Of a stretch of DNA of 24,000 nucleotides, positions 8,871 through 17,729 are shown one piece after another. The stretch spans positions 755,499 to 779,498 of the forward strand of contig NC_022538.1 of NCBI RefSeq assembly GCF_000968055.1, written 5' to 3'. A program made the translations under genes and the position numbers. The stretch is from Alteracholeplasma palmae J233. GTDB lineage: Bacteria; Bacillota_I; Bacilli_A; Acholeplasmatales; Acholeplasmataceae. The stretch's first letter is position 1. Each line of letters opens with the position of its first letter. Under the pieces are notes generated by a model. It searched no databases. It was given only the letters and a program-made list of their open reading frames with translations, and had not been told where the DNA came from.

Positions 8871-10238
8871 ATGGAAAAACTAAAAAGAAAATATAATTTA
8901 CTAACAACAATTTCATTAGTAATAGGAATTGTTATGGGATCGGGGATTTTTCTTAAAAATATATCAATTTTAAGAAATACAGGAGGAAACATTTTACTTT
9001 CATCATTAGTCTTTATTATTGTAGGAATCATAATGATTGTATCTGCATACTCTTTTTCGTTAGCAGCGACTAAAATAGAAAAAGTGAATGGTGTTATAGA
9101 TTATATAGAAGATGCTGTAGGATCTAAGGGTGCCTATTATGCAGGGTTTTACTTAAATTTTGTTTATCTTCCTATAATTGGCGCGATACTTTGCTATTTA
9201 TCTGCAAGTTTTTTTAGGCAACTAGTAGGAGTAGAAAACTCATGGTTTGTTATTTATATGGGAGTTATTTTTATGTCACTATCTTTTTTAGTGAATATAG
9301 CAGCCCCAAAAATAGCAGGAAAATTTCAAGTATCAACAACTATTATTAAATTAGTTCCTATCTTGATTATGGGGACAATAGGAATTGTTATAGGCATTCA
9401 GTCGGATACTACTGTAATTGTTGAAATTGCGGAGACAAAGAATATCAAATTCTTTGATGCTTTACTAGCGGCAGCTTTTGCTTATGAGGGATGGATTATT
9501 TCTACAACAGTCAATGCTGAGGTAGAAAATAGTAAGAAAAATCTGCCTAGAGCACTTATTATAGGCTGTATCACAGTAATTGTTTGTTATGTTATTTATA
9601 ACATAGGAATTACTTCAATCATAGGTTCTAAGGCTATTTTAGAGTCAGCAAATGATCAAAGCATAGTTGAAAATGCTTTTACTAAACTATTCTTCAATAA
9701 TCCAATAGGGGGAAAGTTATTTTTACTATTTATATTTATTAGTTGTCTTGGAGTATTAAATGGTCTTACAATGGGAGTTACACGTGGAATGTATTCGTTA
9801 GCGGTTAGAAACCAAGGACCTAAACCAGAAGTCTTTAAAAAATTAAATAAAAAGACAAATACATCTATAGCAAGTGGCATTTTAGCATATATATTAACCT
9901 TTTTGTTTTTCTTATATTTTGTTTTAGCGCTTAGTTTTAATAAAGTTTCAGCTAATATAGATGAAATATCAATTGCTTTTTTATATGCATTCTACTTAGT
10001 TATATACTTTAATATTATGAAAAATTATAAAGAATTATCTTTTTTTAAAAGGTTTGTTATTCCAGGACTTGCAATCCTAGGATCACTTTTTTTAATCTAT
10101 GCATCATTTAATGTTTTATATACTACCTTAGTGGACAAAACATTAACGATTCACCAAAGAATACCCTATATTTTAATTATCATTGTTATTTCAATTATTA
10201 TCGCAAGAGTTTTTTATAAAAAAGATAAAATTAAGTGA
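8871..10238 (+). CDS. APC superfamily amino acid permease
   Basis: About 12 hydrophobic segments; N-terminal IGIVMGSGIFLKN motif typical of APC transporters; AFAYEGWI segment. Confidence 0.85.
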   Translation: MEKLKRKYNLLTTISLVIGIVMGSGIFLKNISILRNTGGNILLSSLVFIIVGIIMIVSAYSFSLAATKIEKVNGVIDYIEDAVGSKGAYYAGFYLNFVYLPIIGAILCYLSASFFRQLVGVENSWFVIYMGVIFMSLSFLVNIAAPKIAGKFQVSTTIIKLVPILIMGTIGIVIGIQSDTTVIVEIAETKNIKFFDALLAAAFAYEGWIISTTVNAEVENSKKNLPRALIIGCITVIVCYVIYNIGITSIIGSKAILESANDQSIVENAFTKLFFNNPIGGKLFLLFIFISCLGVLNGLTMGVTRGMYSLAVRNQGPKPEVFKKLNKKTNTSIASGILAYILTFLFFLYFVLALSFNKVSANIDEISIAFLYAFYLVIYFNIMKNYKELSFFKRFVIPGLAILGSLFLIYASFNVLYTTLVDKTLTIHQRIPYILIIIVISIIIARVFYKKDKIK

Positions 10239-10272
10239 AATATAATTGAGTAGAAAAACGCATTAAAATAGG

Positions 10273-10307
10273 AAACATGCTACAATAATACATATAGCAT
10301 GTTTTTT
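10273..10307 (+). terminator. Rho-independent terminator
   Basis: Perfect 10-bp stem AAACATGCTA / TAGCATGTTT with 12-nt loop and T tract. Confidence 0.75.
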
Positions 10308-10357
10308 AATTTAATAAGACCTGTAAAATATTTTTATAAAATTAAAGGAGAACAGAT

Positions 10358-10762
10358 ATGAGCTTTTTAAAACTATTTGGTATTTCGGTTCTGGTATTTT
10401 TTGTAATTGATATTATTTGGTTAGCTTTAATATCAAGAAATTTGTATCAAAGTCAAATAGGGTTCTTAATGAAAGAAAAAGTTAACTGGGCTGCAGCAAT
10501 CATCTTTTATTTTATCTTTATTGCAGGAATGACTTATTTAATTTTAATGCCTTCAGTTGAACACAATTATAGTTATCTAAGAATCATGATAACAGGGGCG
10601 GTCTTTGGCTTAGTATGTTATGCAACATATGATTTAACTAATCTAGCGACATTAAAAGACTGGCCACTTAAAATAACGATTATTGATCTTATTTGGGGGA
10701 CAACCCTAGGTTCTGTAACAAGTCTTATTACAATATATTTATACAAACTTATAACAAAATAA
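10358..10762 (+). CDS. DUF2177-type membrane protein
   Basis: 134 aa, four TM-like segments; FFVIDIIWLALISRNLYQSQIG, YATYDLTNLATLKDWP, IDLIWGTTLG patterns. Confidence 0.75.
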   Translation: MSFLKLFGISVLVFFVIDIIWLALISRNLYQSQIGFLMKEKVNWAAAIIFYFIFIAGMTYLILMPSVEHNYSYLRIMITGAVFGLVCYATYDLTNLATLKDWPLKITIIDLIWGTTLGSVTSLITIYLYKLITK

Positions 10763-10774
10763 AAGAGGTAACTT

Positions 10775-12544
10775 ATGGAAATCACAGTATTAACAACGGA
10801 TTTAGTATATCAATCATTTATACTTGCTGCTAAGAATGTTATTAAAGAAAAAAAATTATTAAATGATTTAAATGTGTTTCCGGTTGCTGATAGTGATACA
10901 GGTAATAACTTAGCATCATTAATGGCATCTATTATTGAAAAAGCACAAAAAAGTGATAACTTAAATGATACATTAAATTCAATTTCTAATGCAGCAATCT
11001 ATGGTGCTAAAGGTAACTCAGGAATTATCTTTGCTCAATATATACAAGGTTTTTCTGAACAAGCAAGAAGTAATCAAATTACTATGGAAGAATTTAGTGT
11101 AAGGTTAGAAGAAGCTTTTCAAAGAGCATATGAGGCGATTTTACATCCAGTAGAAGGAACCATTATTACACTGATGCGAATTTTTTCTCAAACTGTAAAA
11201 AAATTATTGAATAAATCAGCTAATTTCGCTGATTTACTTAATAAAAGCTATGAAGAATTATTAATTGAGTTAGATAAAACACCTGAAAAATTACAAGTCT
11301 TAAAAGACAATAAAGTAATTGATGCAGGTGCTAAAGGATTTGTTTTATTTATTGAAGGATTTATAAAGGCTTTAGAAGGAACTGAAATAGAACTCTCTAA
11401 AGAATATATCTCTGAAATAAGTGAACAAAAAGGGCATATTGAAAAATCTAGTTTTAGATATTGTACAGAAGCATTAATTAAAAACGATCATAAAATGAGC
11501 GCAAGTGAAATTAGACAAGAACTCAGCCAATTAGGTGATTCATTAGTAGTCGCTAATACAAGTGATTACATTAGAGTTCATATTCATAGTGACAATCCAG
11601 AAAAAGTATTTAATACGCTCAGTCAAAAGGGTTTAATTGTTGAACAAAAAATAGATGATATGAAAAGACAATATGAAGTTGCGAATAAAAGAAAAAACGA
11701 TATTGCCTTAGTAACCGATTCTATTGCAGATTTACCAAAAGAACTAATTGATAAATATCAAATACATGTACTACCAGCAACCATTACTATTAATGAGATG
11801 ACATACTTTGATAAATTAAGTATCACTAATGAAAAGATTTATAAAAACATGGAAGAAAAAGATTTTTATCCATCTTCAAGTCAACCTAATATCAAGGTGA
11901 TAGAAAATTTACTAAAATTCTTAAATGAATATTACAAAGAAATCATTATTCTTAGCGTCTCTAGTAAAATGAGTGGGACATATCAAGTTTTTAGCCAAGT
12001 GGTAAAAAATTTAAAATTAGATAAAGTGACTTTAGTAGATAGCAAACGTAACTCAGGTGCTGAAGGACTATTAGTTTTAAAAACAGCGTTAATGATTGAT
12101 AATAAAATGAGTAAAGAAAAAATATTAGAAGAATTAGAAAAAGATATTCTAAAATCACAAATTTTAGTCAGCGTTAAAAATCTTAAATACATGGTGAGAT
12201 CAGGTAGACTAACAAAAACTAAAGGATTATTAGTTAAATTGTTAAATGTTAAACCAATTGTTAAAATTAATAACGAAGGTATTGGTGAAATTACAGATAA
12301 AGCATTTTCTATTAAAAAAGCGAATCAAAAGCTTTTGGATATGATTAGAAAAGTTCACCAAGAAAAAGAAATTATTTATTATAACATCGTCCATGCAGAC
12401 GCATTAGATAGAGTTAAAGAATATGAAAAAGAATTAATTTCTATTATAGGAACTAAACCCAATTATATTACAGAAATATCATCTGTTATCGCAATGAATT
12501 CAGGAATAGGTTCGATTGCGGTTTCATATATAACTAAAAAATAG
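10775..12544 (+). CDS. DAK2/DhaL-domain plus DegV-domain fusion protein (fatty acid kinase A/B-like fusion)
   Basis: N-terminal NDLNVFPVADSDTGNNLASLMASI and AIYGAKGNSGIIFAQYIQGF (DAK2/FakA-like); C-terminal IALVTDSIADLPKELIDKYQIHVLPATITIN...SSSQPN...SSKMSGTYQVF (DegV/FakB-like). Confidence 0.85.
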   Translation: MEITVLTTDLVYQSFILAAKNVIKEKKLLNDLNVFPVADSDTGNNLASLMASIIEKAQKSDNLNDTLNSISNAAIYGAKGNSGIIFAQYIQGFSEQARSNQITMEEFSVRLEEAFQRAYEAILHPVEGTIITLMRIFSQTVKKLLNKSANFADLLNKSYEELLIELDKTPEKLQVLKDNKVIDAGAKGFVLFIEGFIKALEGTEIELSKEYISEISEQKGHIEKSSFRYCTEALIKNDHKMSASEIRQELSQLGDSLVVANTSDYIRVHIHSDNPEKVFNTLSQKGLIVEQKIDDMKRQYEVANKRKNDIALVTDSIADLPKELIDKYQIHVLPATITINEMTYFDKLSITNEKIYKNMEEKDFYPSSSQPNIKVIENLLKFLNEYYKEIIILSVSSKMSGTYQVFSQVVKNLKLDKVTLVDSKRNSGAEGLLVLKTALMIDNKMSKEKILEELEKDILKSQILVSVKNLKYMVRSGRLTKTKGLLVKLLNVKPIVKINNEGIGEITDKAFSIKKANQKLLDMIRKVHQEKEIIYYNIVHADALDRVKEYEKELISIIGTKPNYITEISSVIAMNSGIGSIAVSYITKK

Positions 12545-12556
12545 GAGGAATTGATT

Positions 12557-13339
12557 ATGTTTTTTGCAGTAACTGGAATTGCTTTATTTGTCTTCTTTTT
12601 AATTGCCTTTATCATTGGTCAAGTAAAGAAGAATAATGGTTTAATTGATATTTTTTGGGGACTAGGTTTTGTAGTAGTTGCCTTAACAGGACTTATCTAC
12701 AAAAATAACTACAGTCTATTATCATTAGTTATAGTTGGAGTAACGCTTTTATGGGGACTTAGACTAGGAATCTATTTATTTATACGTAACTGGAATAAAA
12801 AAGAAGACTTTAGATATGTTAAAATGAGAGAAAAATGGAAAACACATCTTAAAACTAAAGCCTTTTTTAAAGTCTACTTAACACAAGCGATTATATTATA
12901 TGTTGTTTCAATGCCAATTCAATTAACTTTATATTTTGATATAAAAGTTGATGAATTATTACAATATATATTATTAGGAGTAGGTGTATGCTTCTGGTTA
13001 ATTGGATATTTCTTTGAAGTTGTAGGAGATACTCAATTAAGAAGATTTATTAAAAATCCAAACAATAAAGGAAAAATTATTCAAACTGGTGTATGGAAAT
13101 ACACAAGACACCCTAATTACTTTGGTGAAGTAGTTATGTGGTGGTCAATCTTTGTAATCTCACTAGCTACTTTAAATATCAATGTGATATATGGTATTGT
13201 TAGTCCAATTATTATGACATTGTTATTATTATTTGTAAGTGGTGTACCTTTATTAGAAAAAAGATATAGAGATCATGCTGAATATCAAGAATATGCTAAA
13301 AAGACATCTATCTTTATTCCATGGTTTCCTAAAAAATAA
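12557..13339 (+). CDS. DUF1295 / steroid 5-alpha-reductase-like membrane protein
   Basis: AGGAGG at 12543-12548 favours ATG 12557 over TTG 12551; [43 protein letters not shown] motifs. Confidence 0.8.
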   Translation: MFFAVTGIALFVFFLIAFIIGQVKKNNGLIDIFWGLGFVVVALTGLIYKNNYSLLSLVIVGVTLLWGLRLGIYLFIRNWNKKEDFRYVKMREKWKTHLKTKAFFKVYLTQAIILYVVSMPIQLTLYFDIKVDELLQYILLGVGVCFWLIGYFFEVVGDTQLRRFIKNPNNKGKIIQTGVWKYTRHPNYFGEVVMWWSIFVISLATLNINVIYGIVSPIIMTLLLLFVSGVPLLEKRYRDHAEYQEYAKKTSIFIPWFPKK

Positions 13340-13349
13340 ATATTAAAAG

Positions 13350-13384
13350 ATAAAGCTCCTTAGTTCAAAAAGGAGCTTTATTAT
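13350..13384. terminator. Bidirectional terminator between convergent genes
   Basis: Perfect 12-bp stem ATAAAGCTCCTT (13350-13361) / AAGGAGCTTTAT (13370-13381), 8-nt loop. Confidence 0.8.
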
Positions 13385-13393
13385 TTATAATGG

Positions 13394-14302
13394 CTATAAT
13401 TTATTTCGATAATTAAATTTTGCTAGAACTTGGCGCTTTCTTTTATTTGTAACCTCAGTATAAATTTGAGTAGTAGAAATACTAGCATGTCCTAATATTT
13501 CTTGGACTGATCTTATATCTGCACCATTGGCTAGTAAATTAGTCGCAAACGTATGTCTTAAATAATGAGGAGTAGCAGAAGGATTAATTTTAGCTAAATC
13601 TCGATATTTAGAAAAAACATCTTCAATTGCATAAATTGACATTGGATTTAAATATCTATTTATAAAAACAGATGAATGATTCACTGTAAATGTGTTTCTT
13701 AGTTTAATAAAATTTTTTAACCTATCCCAAGTAATTTGAGATGAAATATATACTAATCTTTGTTTTCTTCCTTTACCATGAATGAGTATAGTATGTTCAT
13801 GATATATAATATCTTCAAGCTTTAAAGCAACAACTTCATGTATTCTCATACCAGTAGTAATAAGTAAATCTAAAATAGCGGCATCCCTTATAGATATAAA
13901 TTGATTAAAAGAAGACTTTGTATTTTCCAAAGATGAATCAATTACTTTTAAAAGATTAGAGACTTCCTTAACTGTGAGTGTTTTAGGAAGTCTTTTCTCT
14001 TTTTTAAAACTAAATTTTAGTTTAAGTAAAGGTGTTGATTTAATTAAATTATCTTCAAATAGACAATTATAAAACATATTAATAGCTATAAGTTTTCGTT
14101 TAATAGAAGTATCTTTTAAGTTGCGTTCATTTCTAAGATGATTTAAATAACTAATAATATTTCTTTTTGTAATATCCACTTGTTCAAAATTTACAAAGTC
14201 TACTAAGTCTGAGTAGTAAGCTTTTATAGTTTTTGAAGATAAATTCTTAGAGTTTTCTATCTTTTCTAGAAAATAATTGATTTGTTTCGTTGTTTTCGTC
14301 AT
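13394..14302 (-). CDS. Tyrosine recombinase (XerC/XerD-like integrase)
   Basis: 302 aa, N-terminal SAM-like core-binding region, catalytic motifs TTGMRIHEVVAL (Arg), HGKGRKQR (Lys), HYLRHTFAT (His-x-x-Arg), LGHASISTTQIYTEV (His, Tyr). Confidence 0.9.
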   Translation of the reverse strand: MTKTTKQINYFLEKIENSKNLSSKTIKAYYSDLVDFVNFEQVDITKRNIISYLNHLRNERNLKDTSIKRKLIAINMFYNCLFEDNLIKSTPLLKLKFSFKKEKRLPKTLTVKEVSNLLKVIDSSLENTKSSFNQFISIRDAAILDLLITTGMRIHEVVALKLEDIIYHEHTILIHGKGRKQRLVYISSQITWDRLKNFIKLRNTFTVNHSSVFINRYLNPMSIYAIEDVFSKYRDLAKINPSATPHYLRHTFATNLLANGADIRSVQEILGHASISTTQIYTEVTNKRKRQVLAKFNYRNKL

Positions 14303-14387
14303 GTAATATTCTCCTTAGGACAGTTTCGCCCTACTCAATTGTATCAAATAGTGATAATATATAGACAAAATTTATTTTTACTATATT

Positions 14388-14396
14388 TGGTATAAA
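14388..14396 (+). promoter_or_regulatory. Candidate extended -10 promoter at the outer edge of the left inverted repeat
   Basis: TGGTATAAA; no good -35 hexamer seen. Confidence 0.35.
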
Positions 14397-14419
14397 TAAT
14401 AACAAATTATTGGAGGGAA
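14395..14419 (+). repeat. Left copy of 25-bp perfect inverted repeat, containing the RBS of the downstream gene
   Basis: AATAATAACAAATTATTGGAGGGAA; exact reverse complement of 17410-17434. Confidence 0.95.
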
Positions 14420-14420
14420 A

Positions 14421-16187
14421 ATGAAAAAATATAAACTGGCAAATAGAACTAAAACATCTTTAAATATATTCTTTATGTTATTGTTTTCTATTGGAATCAC
14501 CTTCTCATATTTTTATAGTAATGAAAGTAGTAATTATGTAAAAATAATTGCTGTAATTTGTGAAATATCGGCAATGGCATATTTTGTTATTCCAACTATT
14601 ATTGGAAATATATATTATGATGAAAAATATATAAAAATATCGACTGATTTATTTACTGATAGAAAAGAGACTATTAAGTTTGTAATTGATGAATTATATA
14701 CTATATTAAAGAATAAAAATTTAACAAAAATCATTTCTATAAAAACAAAAGATCAAAGTGGTGTCGGAAAAACAGAACTATTAAGAAAAATTAGAGATAT
14801 ATTTTATAACAAAGAACTTGCTAAAAAATATCTATCTGATGACTTTTACAAGTGGACGTATATAAAGAAAAAGATAGGTGATGCACATCTTGTTGATTAT
14901 AATCCTGATACATTTAATTCAATACAATATAATTATCCAAAAACAATATTTAAAATAAATCTTTTACTAGTGGATAATATGCCAGTTTTTTACGGTGATA
15001 TTAATAAAGATAATATAATTGTTTATTGTAAAATTACATCCGAAGAAGAATCTGTTTTATCTAATATGACAGTTACTGATATTAAGACACTCTACTCTAA
15101 AAAATTCTACAGAGATTTATCTGACGAGGAGGCTAGTATTGTTTTTGAAATAACTGGTGGAAATGTAAAAAATATTAATAAAATTTTACATGATGAATCA
15201 ACATTTACTTCATTTATTAAAAACCACAGAACAATTGCTGAAATTGAGTTTACTATGCAAATTGGAGATTATAAAAAAGCAAAAGAAATGTTAGATAATT
15301 TAAGTAGTAACCCAGCATTTATTAGACAATTAAGATTAAATGTAGATTTGGAGTTTGAGTATAAATTTTTAGAGGCTGATTTAACCCACTTGCAAAATAA
15401 TTATGTCGAATCAGTTGAGATGTTAGAGGCCCTTTTATCAAATATAATAATAGTAAATGATGATTTAAAAGCCAACAAAATAATAGAAAAAATATCCCAT
15501 ATAAAAAAACATATGGGAAAATTTAAGGAGGCACTAAAGTACATTTCTTATTTAGATAAAAATGATTTTACTTTAAGATCTCTGAGTTTATTATTACTTT
15601 CTTACACACAATATGATAATGAAGAGTATTTAAAGGAGTTTCTAAATAGTATAGATTATATAGAAATCAATAAGATTACATCAAATCATTTTAATGATCC
15701 TTACAAAACTTATAAAGGAGTAGCATTGATTTACAATAATCTAAAAATGAATAAACATGAAGAGATTAGTTTTGAAAATGCACACTCGGTTATAAATAGC
15801 ATTATTCAAATATATGAAAAACATAATAGCAGATTTATCACTAATTGCTATTTTATTAAGGCAGAGTTTTACAGACACCAAAAAAGATATGATTATGCGA
15901 TAATCTACTACTCAAAATGTTTAGATATATATATAATGAATAATGACTTTGATATATACTCTCTTGTTTACTGTATGATCAGGTATATTGAGATAACACA
16001 ACATAAAGATTTTAAACTAATCAATAAGATAGACTTAGAAAAAATAAAGACCATATGTACTGATAAAAAAATGTCATACAATTTAAAAATAGCGCATCAT
16101 TTATCAGAAATTATTGATGGTGTGAATTCTGAATCACTGGTTGCAAGTAAACTTTTTTTTGATAAAAATATTTTCCTTATTCCATAA
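14421..16187 (+). CDS. Membrane-anchored STAND-like NTPase with TPR-like C-terminal repeats
   Basis: Two N-terminal TM helices; P-loop DQSGVGKTELLRKI; Walker B-like FKINLLLVDN; STAND/AAA-like FEITGGNVKNINKIL; helical repeat C-terminus (ADLTHLQNNYVESVEMLEALL..., YRHQKRYDYAIIYYSKCLDIYI). Confidence 0.65.
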   Translation: MKKYKLANRTKTSLNIFFMLLFSIGITFSYFYSNESSNYVKIIAVICEISAMAYFVIPTIIGNIYYDEKYIKISTDLFTDRKETIKFVIDELYTILKNKNLTKIISIKTKDQSGVGKTELLRKIRDIFYNKELAKKYLSDDFYKWTYIKKKIGDAHLVDYNPDTFNSIQYNYPKTIFKINLLLVDNMPVFYGDINKDNIIVYCKITSEEESVLSNMTVTDIKTLYSKKFYRDLSDEEASIVFEITGGNVKNINKILHDESTFTSFIKNHRTIAEIEFTMQIGDYKKAKEMLDNLSSNPAFIRQLRLNVDLEFEYKFLEADLTHLQNNYVESVEMLEALLSNIIIVNDDLKANKIIEKISHIKKHMGKFKEALKYISYLDKNDFTLRSLSLLLLSYTQYDNEEYLKEFLNSIDYIEINKITSNHFNDPYKTYKGVALIYNNLKMNKHEEISFENAHSVINSIIQIYEKHNSRFITNCYFIKAEFYRHQKRYDYAIIYYSKCLDIYIMNNDFDIYSLVYCMIRYIEITQHKDFKLINKIDLEKIKTICTDKKMSYNLKIAHHLSEIIDGVNSESLVASKLFFDKNIFLIP

Positions 16188-17406
16188 ACAAGTCATTTAT
16201 AATGTAGGATGCTTGTTTTTTTGAAGAAATTTCATAGCACAGTGAACGTATTTTATTCTCATTAGGAAACTCTCTTGATATTAAGTAAATTAGTTCTGCA
16301 ACTTTATTTAAATCTCTAGTATTAAAATTATATCTAGCAATTTCTTGAGTTCCCAACCTTATTCCTGTTAATAACCTAGATTTTCTTTTATTTAGTGTTA
16401 TATTGAATTTTGTCGCATTAATATATAATATATCAGCCGTTTTCTCACTAGTTTCAATAAAAATTTGGTGTGTTTCACTATAAATATTTCTGTTAATTTT
16501 ACGTACAGTTAAACCTTTTTCTTCTAACAGTTTACCTAACAGGTTAGATGTCTCTATTATTTTATTTTGATAAGCTATTCCAATTTCTTTAAGTTCAATT
16601 AAAGCTAAAAAAAGTGAAGCAATATTATTAGGCTGAATATTTCTTAAATATGTTGGTGATATTGAAAAATCTATTTTTTCAATATAATCGTTGTTATTTG
16701 TCATAATTATCCCACAAGTTGGACCTGGGAGAGTCTTATGAGTTCCTCCAATAAGCAGTAAATTATCAACTAAATTCAAGGGGTTTTCTAATAGACCCGC
16801 ACCAATTAACCCCAAAGTTTGAGAGGCATCGTAAATAATTCCTTGATTAGAGGTTAATTTTATCTTTTTTATGTCTGGACTTTTTATTAAATCAGATTGG
16901 CATATAATAATAAATTCTATATCTTCATCTCTCAAAATCTGATTTAGAAGTGTATAGTCTATATCATAATTTACATAATCATATGGTATTGGTTTATAAT
17001 TAATCCCATAGTTTTCAAGTATTTTTGTTAAAGACGGATGCCCTCCCATATCTTTGGTTGTAATTAGTACTTTTTTTACATTTTTCAATAGGGACATTGC
17101 TAGTATAGAAAAACAATTCATTCCGGATAAGGTTCTACAATCAGTATATTTCACATTGTATATTTCTTTGCATATTCCAGATACTAGTTCCATTAACCGA
17201 TAAATATAGTCACTTCCAATGTTGTCTTTATCGATTATTCTTTTCTTATAACCTTGTATGTATTTACCTTCAAATTCTGATCGCAATCCTTGCTTAACAA
17301 AATCAGAAACATATGTTTCTGCAGCACATAATGGAATTTTAATATTATTGAACCTTGTATATTCTTTGTATAATTTTTTGAATTCATCTAGAAAACTAGT
17401 GCTCAT
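16177..17406 (-). CDS. Divergent serine hydroxymethyltransferase-like PLP-dependent enzyme
   Basis: PLCAAETYVSDFV and KYIQGYKKR (cf. SHMT IASEN..., KYAEGYPGKR), RTLSGMNCFSILAMSLL (cf. QPHSGSQAN), LLLIGGTHKTLPGPTCGII (PLP-Lys motif cf. THKTLRGPRGG), GIRLGTQEIARYNF (cf. iRiGTPA.TTRG). Confidence 0.75.
   Translation of the reverse strand: MSTSFLDEFKKLYKEYTRFNNIKIPLCAAETYVSDFVKQGLRSEFEGKYIQGYKKRIIDKDNIGSDYIYRLMELVSGICKEIYNVKYTDCRTLSGMNCFSILAMSLLKNVKKVLITTKDMGGHPSLTKILENYGINYKPIPYDYVNYDIDYTLLNQILRDEDIEFIIICQSDLIKSPDIKKIKLTSNQGIIYDASQTLGLIGAGLLENPLNLVDNLLLIGGTHKTLPGPTCGIIMTNNNDYIEKIDFSISPTYLRNIQPNNIASLFLALIELKEIGIAYQNKIIETSNLLGKLLEEKGLTVRKINRNIYSETHQIFIETSEKTADILYINATKFNITLNKRKSRLLTGIRLGTQEIARYNFNTRDLNKVAELIYLISREFPNENKIRSLCYEISSKKQASYIINDLFME
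16186..16222 (+). terminator. Terminator of the STAND-like gene, embedded in the 3' coding end of the antiparallel SHMT-like gene
   Basis: AAACAAG-t-CAT (16186-16196) / ATGCTTGTTT (16209-16218), T run 16216-16222. Confidence 0.6.
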
Positions 17407-17409
17407 ACA

Positions 17410-17434
17410 TTCCCTCCAATAATTTGTTATTATT
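17410..17434 (-). repeat. Right copy of 25-bp perfect inverted repeat, containing the RBS of the SHMT-like gene
   Basis: TTCCCTCCAATAATTTGTTATTATT = reverse complement of 14395-14419. Confidence 0.95.
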
Positions 17435-17729
17435 AAGAGGAAACTTATTGAATTGATTATAGTTCCATTTGTCCTAAAGAATATATTGAAGTTGATCTCA
17501 AAAAGAATGACCGCAGATTAAAAGAATTATGTTCATATTAATGTAGAAAGTAGATATTTGCATTGGTTTAAGTAGAGTATCAAATTATTTTAGTATATCT
17601 AATTTATTAGGTTGATTAAAGTAGAAACTAATTATAGAGGATGATATTCTCAAACACCAAAGTGAAAAGTACTTCAGTTCTTTGTGATATAATAGAAATT
17701 AAGCTATCGGAGCACTTAGTAGAAGAAGG

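Noticed and set aside
8843-9880. Antisense ORFs of 62 and 74 aa opposite the permease gene
   Set aside because: Overlap a clear APC permease; hydrophobic shadow frames.
11983-12192. 69-aa antisense ORF opposite the DAK2-DegV gene
   Set aside because: Shadow ORF of a conserved coding region, no start signals.
13394-14302. Recombinase as an integrase marking a prophage or ICE
   Set aside because: No phage structural, replication or conjugation genes, no tRNA and no direct-repeat att pair seen nearby; size and motifs fit a stand-alone Xer-like recombinase.
14306-17487. Possible second inverted similarity outside the 25-bp repeats (ATATTCTccTTAGGACA at 14307-14323 versus the complement of about 17472-17487)
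   Set aside because: Short, needs a 2-nt gap, asymmetric distance to the main repeats; may be chance in AT-rich DNA.
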